Source: Candidatus Nomurabacteria bacterium (GTDB taxonomy: Bacteria > Patescibacteriota > Minisyncoccia > Phycocordibacterales > UBA5272). Taken from it: a DNA stretch of 64,000 nucleotides. The position numbers were made by a program, and so were the translations under genes. Location of the stretch: contig JBEIQD010000001.1 in the NCBI GenBank assembly GCA_040376695.1, positions 80,726-144,725 on the forward strand, given 5' to 3'. The notes below the pieces were generated by a model. It did not search any database. It was not told the DNA's origin and worked only from the letters and a program-made list of their open reading frames with translations. Shown piece by piece: positions 54,585-64,000 of the stretch; position 1 is the stretch's first letter, and each line of letters opens with the position of its first letter.

Positions 54585-55505
54585 CTATCTAAACGTAACG
54601 TTTCCACTATCGAACTTAAGATCAAAAATAAGTTCTCCTTTGCTTGTGAAGTGGAAAGCCGATGTATCACGAATCAGTTCTGAGAACACTTTTTCCTGTG
54701 AATCTTCACAGAACATAAGCGTAGAAGCTATTGGACCAAATGTAATACGTTCTTCTTCGCGCGCATACTTTCCACTCAAACCGTTACAATCAGTTGTAGC
54801 AAAAAATGTTCCGTCAGTTTTGAATGTAATCGTGAACGCTCCAGCTTTCTTAGGAGTAACTGTTCGCTCGTCATTATAGAGCGTGCTAATCCATACCCAC
54901 GGCTTCATTTCAAGACTCATACGTGCTGGATCCGCTTCTCCCTCGAAATCCTGAACCACCTCCCCAAATTGCATTGAAGGAATATCAAGAATCAATCGAA
55001 TACTTTTACCTACTGAAGGCTGCACGACAAAACTATCTGTAGGTCTACGATCTGCATAATTAACTATCACAGACTTTCCTGGACCCGATTCTGTTGTTTG
55101 TGGAGCAATACGATCTCCAAGTAACACTCCTTCAGAGCCAACATACCCGCTCTCAGTGTTAAGAGCAGCGACAACATAGTAAAACGTTCCGCTTCCTCCT
55201 GTTGTTTGAGTGAGGAGAAAAACATTATCTTCTCTCCCGTCATCATTTAGATCCTTACGAACCTCATTACCAAAATAACGAGTGCTTACAACTGACGCAG
55301 AGTCAGCTACAGCCACTTCAGATACACCATTAATCAATCGAACGCGCTTTCCGTCGATAATGTACTCTGCATTCTTATAATCAGTAGCAACGTATGCTTG
55401 CTTTTCATTATAAATATACTTATTAAAAGCAAAAAATCCTGCAACAAGCGCAGCAATCACAATTAAACCAACCACTAAGCCTATAAATACTTTATTTGAT
55501 GTCAT
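54585..55505 (-). CDS. secreted protein with C-terminal META/HslJ domain (paralog class of 32444..32932)
   Basis: N-terminal anchor. C-terminus ...FTITFKTDGTFFATTDCNGLSGKYAREEERITFGPIASTLMFC. Confidence 0.55.
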   Translation of the reverse strand: MTSNKVFIGLVVGLIVIAALVAGFFAFNKYIYNEKQAYVATDYKNAEYIIDGKRVRLINGVSEVAVADSASVVSTRYFGNEVRKDLNDDGREDNVFLLTQTTGGSGTFYYVVAALNTESGYVGSEGVLLGDRIAPQTTESGPGKSVIVNYADRRPTDSFVVQPSVGKSIRLILDIPSMQFGEVVQDFEGEADPARMSLEMKPWVWISTLYNDERTVTPKKAGAFTITFKTDGTFFATTDCNGLSGKYAREEERITFGPIASTLMFCEDSQEKVFSELIRDTSAFHFTSKGELIFDLKFDSGNVTFR

Positions 55506-55549
55506 GTGTATATGATATCACACAGAAAGAGCTGTTCTGGGCTCCTCAA

Positions 55550-55999
55550 CTATTTCAAACTACCACTTTCAGATAATGCTTTGTAAACAGAGTTACTCCA
55601 TTTTTTCACATTTTCAACATAACTTTCTAAACCTCCTTCCACTACGTCCTGCGCCGTCACCGCCCACACAGGCGCTGTGTCATAGCTTCCGTGGTCCTCT
55701 GATGTTCCAGTTATTTTCCAATCACGAACGTTTGAAGCCAGACGAGCTCTATTTCTTTCATCATGTTCTTTAAAAGAAAATCCTTCTTCCAAAAACTCCA
55801 CAAGAAACCCCTTAGCATCTTCAAGTCCTTTTTGAGAATACACACTTGGATGCTGTAAATTATAATTCACAACAGTAAGATGATGAATCTGTCCCACACC
55901 GAGGAAGTCTTCGAAATCCCAGGCAATCATTATGTTGAGGTAATCCCTACACGTTACCCCTTCTGGTAATGAAACTCCACACTCGGAACATGCAGACAT
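55550..55999 (-). CDS. hypothetical protein with N-terminal CxxC pair
   Basis: MSACSECGVSLPEGVTC.... 149 aa. Confidence 0.4.
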   Translation of the reverse strand: MSACSECGVSLPEGVTCRDYLNIMIAWDFEDFLGVGQIHHLTVVNYNLQHPSVYSQKGLEDAKGFLVEFLEEGFSFKEHDERNRARLASNVRDWKITGTSEDHGSYDTAPVWAVTAQDVVEGGLESYVENVKKWSNSVYKALSESGSLK

Positions 56000-56006
56000 A
56001 TACTAA

Positions 56007-56423
56007 TTAAAACTTACTCGCTTCTACATGCTTCTTGAAATTATCAAGAATTGCCTGCCATCCAGCCTGCTGAAGTTCACGAGTATTCTCATTCTCTGGA
56101 TCAAATGACTGAACAATTTCTACACCAGCTTCTGTTGGTGTAAATCTGATGCTCGATTTCCTACCATCACCCATAGTGTATTCAATGAGCTCATGCGGAA
56201 TAACATTTGTATACACCCCTCCAAAATCAAACGAAGCGCTTCCATCTTTAGCAGCCATTGTGCTTGAAAAAGCCCCACCTGTTCGTATATCGTTTTCTGC
56301 ACGTGGACACTCCCAATCATCCGATGCAAAAGCCCACTGTGTAATATGTGTTGGGTCAGTCCAAAATTCCCATACGGTAGCAATGTCAGCGTTCACAACG
56401 GTAGAAATAGTAATAGGATTCAT
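56007..56423 (-). CDS. SRPBCC-superfamily protein (AHSA1/Aha1-like)
   Basis: ISTVVNADIATVWEFWTDPTHITQWAF...: AHSA1-type START/Bet-v1 fold signature. Confidence 0.7.
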   Translation of the reverse strand: MNPITISTVVNADIATVWEFWTDPTHITQWAFASDDWECPRAENDIRTGGAFSSTMAAKDGSASFDFGGVYTNVIPHELIEYTMGDGRKSSIRFTPTEAGVEIVQSFDPENENTRELQQAGWQAILDNFKKHVEASKF

Positions 56424-56432
56424 AAATACTGT

Positions 56433-56891
56433 TTACTTCTCTGATAATTCCTTCAAAATCTGTAGTGCTTTTGGCCACATCTCTTCAAACATAGCCTTAT
56501 ATTCGTCATTAATGTCAATTTCAACAGAAACTTTTGTTCCACCTTCATTTTCTTCAAACGTATAGTTTTCAAATGCTGGTGCCCATTTCTTTACTTCATC
56601 ACTCGTTGTATCGATTGTGCCATCTTCTTTAATCATTCCTATGTGTTCGATAGAAATGAATTCATGCGGTTTATTTTCTTTGATGCGACTATACATACCA
56701 CCTGGTAGAGGCTTCCCTTGTTCATCACAGCCTAAAAATCTAATCTCAGAACCTTCTTCCCAAGTACCCTGATAGTATGATCCAGGATTAAATGGCACCG
56801 TCCACTGACGATATGTAGCGTCTTGTAGCATGGTATCCCAAACCTTTTCCTTCGGTGCTTGTATCTGAATTGAAGAATGTATTTTTTGCAT
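56433..56891 (-). CDS. SRPBCC-superfamily protein (second copy)
   Basis: Start set at MQKIHSSIQIQAPKEKVWDTMLQDATYRQW... (SRPBCC N-terminus), not the upstream M at 57017. Confidence 0.6.
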   Translation of the reverse strand: MQKIHSSIQIQAPKEKVWDTMLQDATYRQWTVPFNPGSYYQGTWEEGSEIRFLGCDEQGKPLPGGMYSRIKENKPHEFISIEHIGMIKEDGTIDTTSDEVKKWAPAFENYTFEENEGGTKVSVEIDINDEYKAMFEEMWPKALQILKELSEK

Positions 56892-56922
56892 AAGTATATT
56901 TGTAGTATATCTAGGCAATATA

Positions 56923-57426
56923 CTATTTTGAAAGCGCGAATTCCCCAACCACTTCATAGGCAGATACAGGAGGAGTGTAATCTGGCGACGCTTCTTCAAA
57001 CTTCTTTCTTTGTACAAGGTATGATGTTTCCCCTTTTGTTACTTTGTAATGATACCCAAGCCCCGCAGCGTAACATTGTGCATCATGTGAAATTGCCACG
57101 CTATCTGCGTCAGAATCTGGCAAATCATTACATCCACCATCTCTCGTATCAATTAATTTACGATCAATCGATCCATTAGGATACACCGCTTCAAGAAAAA
57201 CATTTGTTTTAGGAAGCCCGTCTGAGTTTAATGTAGACGCTTTTTCATATCTCCAAATAAAAGCCAATGGTTCAACCTGCGTCGTATTTCCTTGTGTAGG
57301 CACTTCTGTATTCACAGGAGTAGTGAAGTACGTTTTATACACAAACACACCTAAACCTAGCGCAAGTAATATACTAACGACTACCGCTCTCCCTACAAAG
57401 AATTTTGTTAATGTCATATATTCCAT
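56923..57426 (-). CDS. hypothetical secreted protein
   Basis: Signal anchor, 167 aa. Confidence 0.4.
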   Translation of the reverse strand: MEYMTLTKFFVGRAVVVSILLALGLGVFVYKTYFTTPVNTEVPTQGNTTQVEPLAFIWRYEKASTLNSDGLPKTNVFLEAVYPNGSIDRKLIDTRDGGCNDLPDSDADSVAISHDAQCYAAGLGYHYKVTKGETSYLVQRKKFEEASPDYTPPVSAYEVVGEFALSK

Positions 57427-57441
57427 TGTAGCAGACTATCT

Positions 57442-57855
57442 TTAAGGCTGCTTCTTTCCTTTGGCAAGCATTGCACACACTTCTTCGATTCGGATTCCTT
57501 TCATTGCGGAGTTTTTTGCTTCATCCACCCAGGCCACAAAATCTCTTCGCTCATCTGGTGATAAATCCTTCCATGTAGCTTTTGCTTTCAGGTTAGCACC
57601 GAGCGCCTTGTATAGATTCATTGGCACCACCGCATAACAACAAGGCCTACGCTCTCCAGCTAAAAGCTTAGAGGATGTTACTTCAATTCTACGAAGACGA
57701 GTCTCTTCTTGTTTTGCTCCTTCAATCCATGTAACAAAATCTCTTCGCGCAATTGGAGTAAGTCCTTCCCACGCTGTGGCAACTTTAGGTTTTGTTAAAA
57801 GAATCTTACGAAGTTCGATTGGTACCTTTAGCTCTAAACCTTTTGATGTCTTCAT
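57442..57855 (-). CDS. YdeI/OmpD-associated family protein (internally duplicated)
   Basis: Two copies of ATW(E/K)(G/D)L(T/S)P..RRDFV.W(I/V)..AK. Confidence 0.65.
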   Translation of the reverse strand: MKTSKGLELKVPIELRKILLTKPKVATAWEGLTPIARRDFVTWIEGAKQEETRLRRIEVTSSKLLAGERRPCCYAVVPMNLYKALGANLKAKATWKDLSPDERRDFVAWVDEAKNSAMKGIRIEEVCAMLAKGKKQP

Positions 57856-57881
57856 ATAAAAGATAGTACCACAATCCTTAT

Positions 57882-58283
57882 CTACCCTTTAGGAGTACAC
57901 GTAACTAAATTAATATCTGCTGCTGGCCCTTCACCATTAAAGAACCCATTCTCAAGCACAGCGCCTGTTTTAGTCACTACGAAACAATCCGCTGAAAGTA
58001 TTCCCGGCAAACCACTCCCCATTACATACATCCCTACACGCCAACCTTCCTCAGATTCCGCGACCTCTATTGTTTTTATTGGAAGATTGTCTGACGGATA
58101 GTCTTCATACTTTGGGTACGTTTCTTTAACTGCGGCAACAGCTTGATCTCCAGTTGTTATTTCTGAACTAGCAAGGTAGTTAGCCATTACTTTATCTCTG
58201 TTATAGCTATAAAGAACAAACACAACACAGAGAATAACTGCTGATGCAACAATCACAAGCGCAATACGTTTTTCTTTACTCAT
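57882..58283 (-). CDS. hypothetical secreted protein
   Basis: Signal anchor, 133 aa. Confidence 0.4.
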   Translation of the reverse strand: MSKEKRIALVIVASAVILCVVFVLYSYNRDKVMANYLASSEITTGDQAVAAVKETYPKYEDYPSDNLPIKTIEVAESEEGWRVGMYVMGSGLPGILSADCFVVTKTGAVLENGFFNGEGPAADINLVTCTPKG

Positions 58284-58332
58284 GTGATAAGTATAGACAT
58301 AAAAATGGCTAAAGTGTAAAGTAAATCACACA

Positions 58333-58361
58333 TTGACAAAACACTTAATTAATGCTATAAT
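58333..58361 (+). promoter_or_regulatory. consensus sigma70 promoter TTGACA-17-TATAAT upstream of the L,D-transpeptidase gene
   Basis: ttgaca 58333-58338, tataat 58356-58361. Confidence 0.55.
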
Positions 58362-58428
58362 TATAGTATAGTTAATTTCAGTTTTTGTTCGCCAAATTGA
58401 AATAAATCTCTTCCCCTTTCACACATAT

Positions 58429-59256
58429 ATGACACTAACCAGAAAACAATACATTCTTCTGCTCACCACACTTTGTATCATGGTGTGTTTTCTGGTAATA
58501 AAGAACCCTTCTACTGTTATCGCCCAATCAACTACACAGTCTTCATTCGCTCCTGTAGTAATTACTTCATCTAATTCACAGAAGCAATATGAATACCTCG
58601 AAATCACAGAAGGTTGTGATACGTATGCTGAAATGGTTTGTGTATCTGTGCATGCGGGCCCTGGTGCGGAATATGAAAAAATATACGAGCTCCGTAAAGG
58701 AATGCTTCTTAAAATAAAAAGTACTGAACTACGAAATGGTCAGGTATGGTATCAGGTATATTTTGATGAATGGCTCAGATTTCCTGGCCGAGTAGAAGGA
58801 AATTGGTACATACCGGCTGTTGCAGGAAAAGTTATTACAGCTGGCGGAGAAGAACTCCTTACACCGTCAACGCCGACAACTTCTAAAAGAATTGTCATAG
58901 ACCTTTCTGATCACATGTTATATGCATATGATGGGAATACAGAATTCATGAGAACAAAAATCTCTACTGGAGTTGAAGCAACCCCAACGCCAGCCGGTAC
59001 GTTCACTGTGTACAAGAAAACTCCAAGCAGGTACATGCAAGGTCCGCTTGAAGGAGTAACTGAAATCCCTTTTGACTTACCTGGTGTACCGTGGAACTTA
59101 TACTTCACCCAAGATGGTGCGGTTATTCATGGTACTTATTGGCATGATCGTTACGGAACAGATCAATCAAGTGGATGTATCAATCTTCCAGCAGAACTTT
59201 CAAAAATTATCTACGACTGGGCGCCACTTGGGACTACGGTAACAATACAGAGATAA
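58429..59256 (+). CDS. L,D-transpeptidase (YkuD-family catalytic domain)
   Basis: ...TGVEATPTPAGTFTVYKK...GAVIHGTYWHDRYGTDQSSGCINLP: conserved H...S.GC catalytic motif. Confidence 0.8.
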   Translation: MTLTRKQYILLLTTLCIMVCFLVIKNPSTVIAQSTTQSSFAPVVITSSNSQKQYEYLEITEGCDTYAEMVCVSVHAGPGAEYEKIYELRKGMLLKIKSTELRNGQVWYQVYFDEWLRFPGRVEGNWYIPAVAGKVITAGGEELLTPSTPTTSKRIVIDLSDHMLYAYDGNTEFMRTKISTGVEATPTPAGTFTVYKKTPSRYMQGPLEGVTEIPFDLPGVPWNLYFTQDGAVIHGTYWHDRYGTDQSSGCINLPAELSKIIYDWAPLGTTVTIQR

Positions 59257-59316
59257 TCAGTAAAACGTTGACTTAACCTTGAAAAGGTTTACTATACTAC
59301 CAGCTCATTAACCCGT

Positions 59317-59682
59317 TTGGAGAAGAATGTGGAAACCTCAACCAAAGTCCTGCTGCTTTTGGCACTGTTTGTGCTGATTGCTGCGTATTTGTTTATAAAC
59401 CTTATACGACAACAAAAAGCCGATAAGGAAATACAGCAATGCGAAGACTCATACCAAAAAGAGGTCGATTGTCTGGGAATCAGTTTTCAACGAGTAACCC
59501 ATGACAGGGAACCAACCCCTGGAACCAGTGACATCACGTTTAATTTCAAAGGTTTGCGAATCGATGCAGAGCTTACACCTCTGCAGGCATTGTATTTTTT
59601 GAAAAGCGTGCGAAAAGGAACTCCAGATATAGCTTTTCTCAAGAAGAAATCGTACTGGAAACTTCCTCAGCTTTCAAGCTGA
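59317..59682 (+). CDS. hypothetical membrane-anchored protein
   Basis: 121 aa, 1 TM. Confidence 0.4.
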   Translation: MEKNVETSTKVLLLLALFVLIAAYLFINLIRQQKADKEIQQCEDSYQKEVDCLGISFQRVTHDREPTPGTSDITFNFKGLRIDAELTPLQALYFLKSVRKGTPDIAFLKKKSYWKLPQLSS

Positions 59683-59687
59683 TATCC

Positions 59688-59726
59688 AACCGCCCTAGCA
59701 GGACTGCTTCGGCGGTTTTGTTTTTA
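59688..59726 (+). terminator. intrinsic terminator ccgccctagcaggactgcttcggcggttttgttttta
   Basis: Paralogous to the 61143 and 29140 modules. Confidence 0.55.
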
Positions 59727-59777
59727 TAATACAAAACTTATTTATCAACATACGGTAATCAATATATACTCTCTAGT

Positions 59778-60554
59778 ATGGTTATTTACTCGTGGAACAT
59801 GTTTTATGAAAATAAGACACTCGACCAAGCTTTTGAGTTTATTAAGAACTCACCTTTTGATGTTTTTTGTTTGCAAGAAGTTCCCGAGGCGTTTCTTTCC
59901 AAACTTAAGACACTTCCATACGAGATGGCGTATGTGAAAGAAATAGAGCTCACAACTTCTTCAACGCATTTTGCTGTCTACAGCGTTACGCTTTCAAAAG
60001 CACCCATCTTAGAGCAAGGTGAAGTTTCTTACGCAAATACAAAACCAAATCTTGGAACCCTTATTATTCGCTCTATCATTGATTTACCCCGTGCTGAGCG
60101 CGTCACTAAATGGGAGAATAGAAAATCCTTTTTCATAATCACACAACACGGCTCTGAAATGTTTCAAGTTTTCAATCTTCATTTACCACTCTCATTTCCT
60201 GCCCAACGAATACGAGAACTGAATGAAACCATGTCACACCACCAATCTGGAAAACAATTGATTGTGTGCGGAGATTTTAATATTTTAGAAACATTCTATA
60301 TCGCAAGTTTAAATTGGTTGTTCGGAGGAAAACTATCAGACTGGTTCTTCTATAAACGAGAACGTACATCTATGCAAAAATACTTTGAGAAACTTTCTCT
60401 TTCAAATCCGCTTAAGGGGCGCTCCACTCATCCTGTCTCACAATCACAGCTCGATCACATTCTTGTGCCACAACATTCAAAGGTACGCAAAGCCACAGTA
60501 ATCAAAAACCGCTTTGGATCAGACCACAATCCAATCATGGTTGAGATTTCGTAG
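59778..60554 (+). CDS. endonuclease/exonuclease/phosphatase (EEP) family protein
   Basis: FDVFCLQEV, ...VCGDFNILE..., ...GSDHNPIMVEI: EEP catalytic motifs. Confidence 0.8.
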   Translation: MVIYSWNMFYENKTLDQAFEFIKNSPFDVFCLQEVPEAFLSKLKTLPYEMAYVKEIELTTSSTHFAVYSVTLSKAPILEQGEVSYANTKPNLGTLIIRSIIDLPRAERVTKWENRKSFFIITQHGSEMFQVFNLHLPLSFPAQRIRELNETMSHHQSGKQLIVCGDFNILETFYIASLNWLFGGKLSDWFFYKRERTSMQKYFEKLSLSNPLKGRSTHPVSQSQLDHILVPQHSKVRKATVIKNRFGSDHNPIMVEIS

Positions 60555-60608
60555 TATATTGACTTTATTACAATAAATGTTATTATAATAAAGTTCTAAC
60601 TATCGAAA

Positions 60609-61142
60609 GTGTATATGCTTCTCTACCACGGAGTCCCCAAAAGGATGATGGGTACGAAGTTGTACCCTCTCAATGAGTTAAAAAATGTTCATTTCGAACT
60701 TTCTGCCGAGCACTATGAAAAGTACTTGGGGAGAGAAGAGGTAACCAGACAAGTCATTCCGATTCTTAACTGTTTGTGGAACGACGTTATCTTTTTCATT
60801 CCCATTCCGCCAGACGCAATTAATTTTGCGCGCGAAAGCCACGGACTCCTTCCGATTGAACAAGAGTGGTTCGTTGTTGATTCGAAAACTCTTGATCAAA
60901 GTAACCTCCTATTATTTCGACATCGCCCGCAGTGGACTATCGATGCCGAACTTGAGAAGGATGAGTACGCCAGATTGGATGACCTCTCAGTAATCCAAGA
61001 AGCTGATGTGCAAATGGTTCCTGAATGCGCTATCTGGGCGATGAAGAAATTCGGAAGAAAATCCATGCTCTTCAGTTATATGCCACACGTTCTTTTCCGT
61101 GGGACCATAGAGACTAAAAATCTTAAAAGAATCCACACCTGA
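60609..61142 (+). CDS. hypothetical protein
   Basis: 177 aa. No motif recognised. Confidence 0.4.
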   Translation: MYMLLYHGVPKRMMGTKLYPLNELKNVHFELSAEHYEKYLGREEVTRQVIPILNCLWNDVIFFIPIPPDAINFARESHGLLPIEQEWFVVDSKTLDQSNLLLFRHRPQWTIDAELEKDEYARLDDLSVIQEADVQMVPECAIWAMKKFGRKSMLFSYMPHVLFRGTIETKNLKRIHT

Positions 61143-61180
61143 AACCGCCTTAGCAAAACTGCTCTGGCGGTTTTGTTTTT
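61143..61180. terminator. bidirectional intrinsic terminator aaccgccttagcaaaactgctctggcggttttgttttta
   Basis: Same family as 59688. Confidence 0.55.
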
Positions 61181-61205
61181 AGTAGACCTATAAAAATAAT
61201 CCTGT

Positions 61206-61823
61206 TTAATGGTTGTGCTGCGATTGTTTAAAGAAATGAGCTTCCGTTGCAGGAGAATCTTCAGAAAGTAACAGAACCTCACAATTTCCAAAATGGAACG
61301 AGGTTAATACACTTTCCCAGTCTAAATTGTAGTAAGCGGCGTATATCATCTTTCCAATATCTCCATGGGTCACCAATAGGATAGATCCTTCAGAGTGACT
61401 CGCTTGAACATATTCAATAACCTTCTTCGCTCTTTCTAATAACTGTGGAAATGTTTCAGCTCCTTCAGGTGAAAGAAAATACGTTATCGTATTTGTTTTA
61501 ATAATGTCTGGCGCACACATCTCTTCAATTTTTGATACAGGGTTGCCAGACATGATACCAAAATCCCTTTCGATTAAATCCTGTTCTATTTCTGGTTGAG
61601 CAAGCCCTAGTTCATGGGCAAGTATCTCTGCTGTTCTATACGCACGCTTTAGTGGAGAGCTATATATTTTATCAAACTCTAATCCCGCTTCTTTAATATA
61701 CTTTGCAGTTGTGTGTGCCTGTTCTTCACCAAGAGGAGTTAATGGTTCATCTCGATGACCATTTAAAATACCATGTAGATTGTCTAGATTCTGCCCGTGT
61801 CGTGCGAGATAGATTTTTAACAT
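61206..61823 (-). CDS. histidine phosphatase superfamily (phosphoglycerate-mutase-like) protein
   Basis: IYLARHGQ...RDEPLTPLG...SSPLKRAYRTA...LLVTHG: RHG / H catalytic motifs. Confidence 0.8.
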   Translation of the reverse strand: MLKIYLARHGQNLDNLHGILNGHRDEPLTPLGEEQAHTTAKYIKEAGLEFDKIYSSPLKRAYRTAEILAHELGLAQPEIEQDLIERDFGIMSGNPVSKIEEMCAPDIIKTNTITYFLSPEGAETFPQLLERAKKVIEYVQASHSEGSILLVTHGDIGKMIYAAYYNLDWESVLTSFHFGNCEVLLLSEDSPATEAHFFKQSQHNH

Positions 61824-61858
61824 TACTTAATTCTACCATGGGTGCAATTTATATAGAT

Positions 61859-62611
61859 TTAGAGTTGTTTCTTCACTTTCGCAAACCATAATTTATACCC
61901 TTCCGAAGATGGATGGAACATATCTTCCGCAAAATACACTTCGGGTTGGAGAATAAACGGATCTACTTCAGGTTCATCGTAGAGGTTCACATACGTAACC
62001 CCAAGTTTATCTCCAAGTGCTTGGAACTTTTCATGGTAACTAATCGTAAGGTTTCTGTAGTATGAACGAAATGGAAATGGAATAGCAGGAGCTCCACCCA
62101 CGTCCCCAGCGGTAACCAAAACAACACGTCCAGATAATGTTTGAATGTCTTTCAATATTAGTTCTAGTTTCTTTGACGATTCATCAACATTGTCTCGAGC
62201 AACAATATTATTTGCCCCAATCTGAAGAAGGATCAAATCATATTTATCTCTTTTTATGTTCTTTCGCTGTGATGCAATATCCTCAATCTTCGCTCCAGAG
62301 ATACTATAGTTCTCTGTATATGTTGCTCCAACAAATGATGCTACAAGAGCTGGTAATGAATCTTCAGATTTTGAAGCTCCAACGCCGTATGCCGTACTAT
62401 CACCCAATACTAGAAGTGTTTTCTTGGTGTCAGCTGATTCATTAGTAAATTTAACTGTATCTTCGATAAGAGCTTTACTAATATGGGCGTAGTAGCGAAC
62501 TTGGATAAAGAAAAGAAAGGCTGCGATGAGTAAGATTCCAATAAATATAAAAAGGTATTTCATGATGTTGATGTAGGACTTATGACGCCAAACGAGAAGA
62601 GAATCTGACAA
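61859..62611 (-). CDS. SGNH/GDSL-family hydrolase (membrane-anchored)
   Basis: LLVLGDSTAYG (block I, Ser), IGANN (block III), DMFHPS (block V, Asp/His). Confidence 0.75.
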   Translation of the reverse strand: MSDSLLVWRHKSYINIMKYLFIFIGILLIAAFLFFIQVRYYAHISKALIEDTVKFTNESADTKKTLLVLGDSTAYGVGASKSEDSLPALVASFVGATYTENYSISGAKIEDIASQRKNIKRDKYDLILLQIGANNIVARDNVDESSKKLELILKDIQTLSGRVVLVTAGDVGGAPAIPFPFRSYYRNLTISYHEKFQALGDKLGVTYVNLYDEPEVDPFILQPEVYFAEDMFHPSSEGYKLWFAKVKKQL

Positions 62612-62614
62612 GCG

Positions 62615-63448
62615 CTATTCACACTGTTTAATATCCATTGGACTACACAACTTTGGATTTCCTGTAGGAACAATTTCCCCACAATTTTTATACACGTGAT
62701 TCTTGTCCACCGAGTACGTTCCCGCAACATACATTCCATCAGGTCCACTATCAAAGCCTGCAACAATCTTAAAGGTATTTCTATCCGCACCTACTAGTAA
62801 TTTGTCTCCAGCAATAATAGATTTTGCGTCCCATGCGTAATAAGCACGAGATACTTCAACTGCTGCACACTGACCAAGAACTGCAAACGTCTGCCCGTCA
62901 GACCCTTCAATCTTCTTCACTTCAAATGGAAGATCGAGATAGTATGCATTCTTCTTATCTGTTGCATACGGAAAACCTTCTACCATAGCAAACGTTACTG
63001 GATCAGCTTCAGGAATAGCTTTGTATGACCAACCAGTTTGGTTTGGAGAAACTACATACACCGCGTTCTTATCTTTTCCTAGGCCGCTCGTTTTTTCAAT
63101 TAACGCAAATGAAGGAAGATCAATGAGAGGAGTATTTGTTTCAGGAACCACCGTCTGCCCCATGTAGAAAAGTGTGTCTTCATCTTTAGCCCAATACGCA
63201 TCAAGCATCACAAATGCTTTCGCCTCCGCATCTTTCATTTCGGAATCATACACCTGATCAGTTCCATTCTCACCAACCTGCATAGTGGTACGGTAATATA
63301 CTTTGTTTCCTTTGATCACATACCCCTGCTCTGGTTCTAGTTGTGTGGGTGTTGTATAACGACTAACCATATGCGCACCCAATACAATCCCAAAGAAAAG
63401 AAGGATACATACTGCAATAATGGTGAGTAGTGAAGGACGATATTTCAT
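62615..63448 (-). CDS. DKNYY-repeat family protein
   Basis: DKNAVYVV, DKKNAYYL, DKNHVYKN repeats after an N-terminal anchor. Confidence 0.65.
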   Translation of the reverse strand: MKYRPSLLTIIAVCILLFFGIVLGAHMVSRYTTPTQLEPEQGYVIKGNKVYYRTTMQVGENGTDQVYDSEMKDAEAKAFVMLDAYWAKDEDTLFYMGQTVVPETNTPLIDLPSFALIEKTSGLGKDKNAVYVVSPNQTGWSYKAIPEADPVTFAMVEGFPYATDKKNAYYLDLPFEVKKIEGSDGQTFAVLGQCAAVEVSRAYYAWDAKSIIAGDKLLVGADRNTFKIVAGFDSGPDGMYVAGTYSVDKNHVYKNCGEIVPTGNPKLCSPMDIKQCE

Positions 63449-63452
63449 TTAT

Positions 63453-63992
63453 TTATATGTTTGTTGGTTCGCGATTTATTTCAAGAAACTCTGTGTATGG
63501 AGCGAGTGCCTCTTTAGCTTTCGCTCTAGAAATCTGGAATGATGGCCATCCTCTTTCATCAATGAATCGTTCACCGGATCGGTACCGTGCCCATGAGAGT
63601 TCCTTTCCGAACTTCAACGCAATCTCAGAACTTGGATCACTTAGTAGCTCAACCGTATGCGGAACAGCATCAGTAGAAAGATTTGCTAGATAGTCAGTAT
63701 CAATATTTCCTGTCTGGTGATATCGTACGAGATTTTTCTTAGCGATGAATGCGTCTGGGTTGATAAGGTTCATCGAAGTCAGAAGAAGTATGATGCACAC
63801 AAAAACCTGCATAGTGAACCGCGATCTTTGTTCTCCTGTAAAGATATGACGCGCCAGAAGGAAAAGTATGACGGCGAGCCACACCATAAATGCATGACTG
63901 TACAAACGAATCGTAGTGAATCCGTACGCATCCTCATAGAGAGCTAGTCGTGTAAACGCAGACACAAGAATAACGACCACCTGCGTGACCAA
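63453..63992 (-). CDS. hypothetical membrane protein (may extend beyond the window edge)
   Basis: 179 aa, 4 TM. Only 8 nt of upstream sequence are available. Confidence 0.35.
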   Translation of the reverse strand: MVTQVVVILVSAFTRLALYEDAYGFTTIRLYSHAFMVWLAVILFLLARHIFTGEQRSRFTMQVFVCIILLLTSMNLINPDAFIAKKNLVRYHQTGNIDTDYLANLSTDAVPHTVELLSDPSSEIALKFGKELSWARYRSGERFIDERGWPSFQISRAKAKEALAPYTEFLEINREPTNI

Positions 63993-64000
63993 GACAACAC

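Overview
This is an AT-rich bacterial chromosomal segment (GC not computed; roughly high-30s % by eye). It carries many short secreted or membrane hypothetical proteins and several cell-wall remodelling enzymes. I identified an M23 peptidase, an S41 protease, an L,D-transpeptidase, a CAP-domain protein and a 981-aa beta-helix surface protein. The gene content resembles a small-genome, possibly CPR/Patescibacteria-like organism. That is a guess from content only.

Housekeeping genes recognised by motif are: a UvrD/PcrA helicase (partial), terC, rpmA, rplI, ctpA, cysS, dnaB, recR, rplU, rmuC, a GatB/YqeY-domain protein, a TrmH/SpoU methyltransferase, tRNA-Gln(UUG), dnaX (short), dus, serS and tRNA-Ala(UGC).

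Accessory content worth attention:
1. A roughly 3.8 kb island is anchored on the 3' side of tRNA-Gln. It is punctuated by at least six direct repeats of about 36 bp that copy the tRNA's 3' acceptor strand and trailer. Its cargo is small orphan ORFs of very heterogeneous GC. No integrase is present.
2. Two small high-GC islets (about 52% and about 65% GC) flank rmuC, each with its own promoter and terminator.
3. An alternative oxidase (AOX) lies close to a cytochrome-b5 protein and an FAD-linked (D-lactate-dehydrogenase-like) oxidase. Together these could form a minimal O2-reducing chain.
4. A PadR plus HAAS-PspC sensor pair.
5. An EAL phosphodiesterase next to a pseudo-receiver/degenerate-GGDEF (I-site retained) protein.
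6. A candidate sRNA of about 125 nt between the HD-domain gene and rpmA.
7. Recurring, nearly identical terminator modules.

No rRNA, CRISPR array, transposase or integrase was seen. All protein assignments rest on motif recognition by eye. No searches were run.
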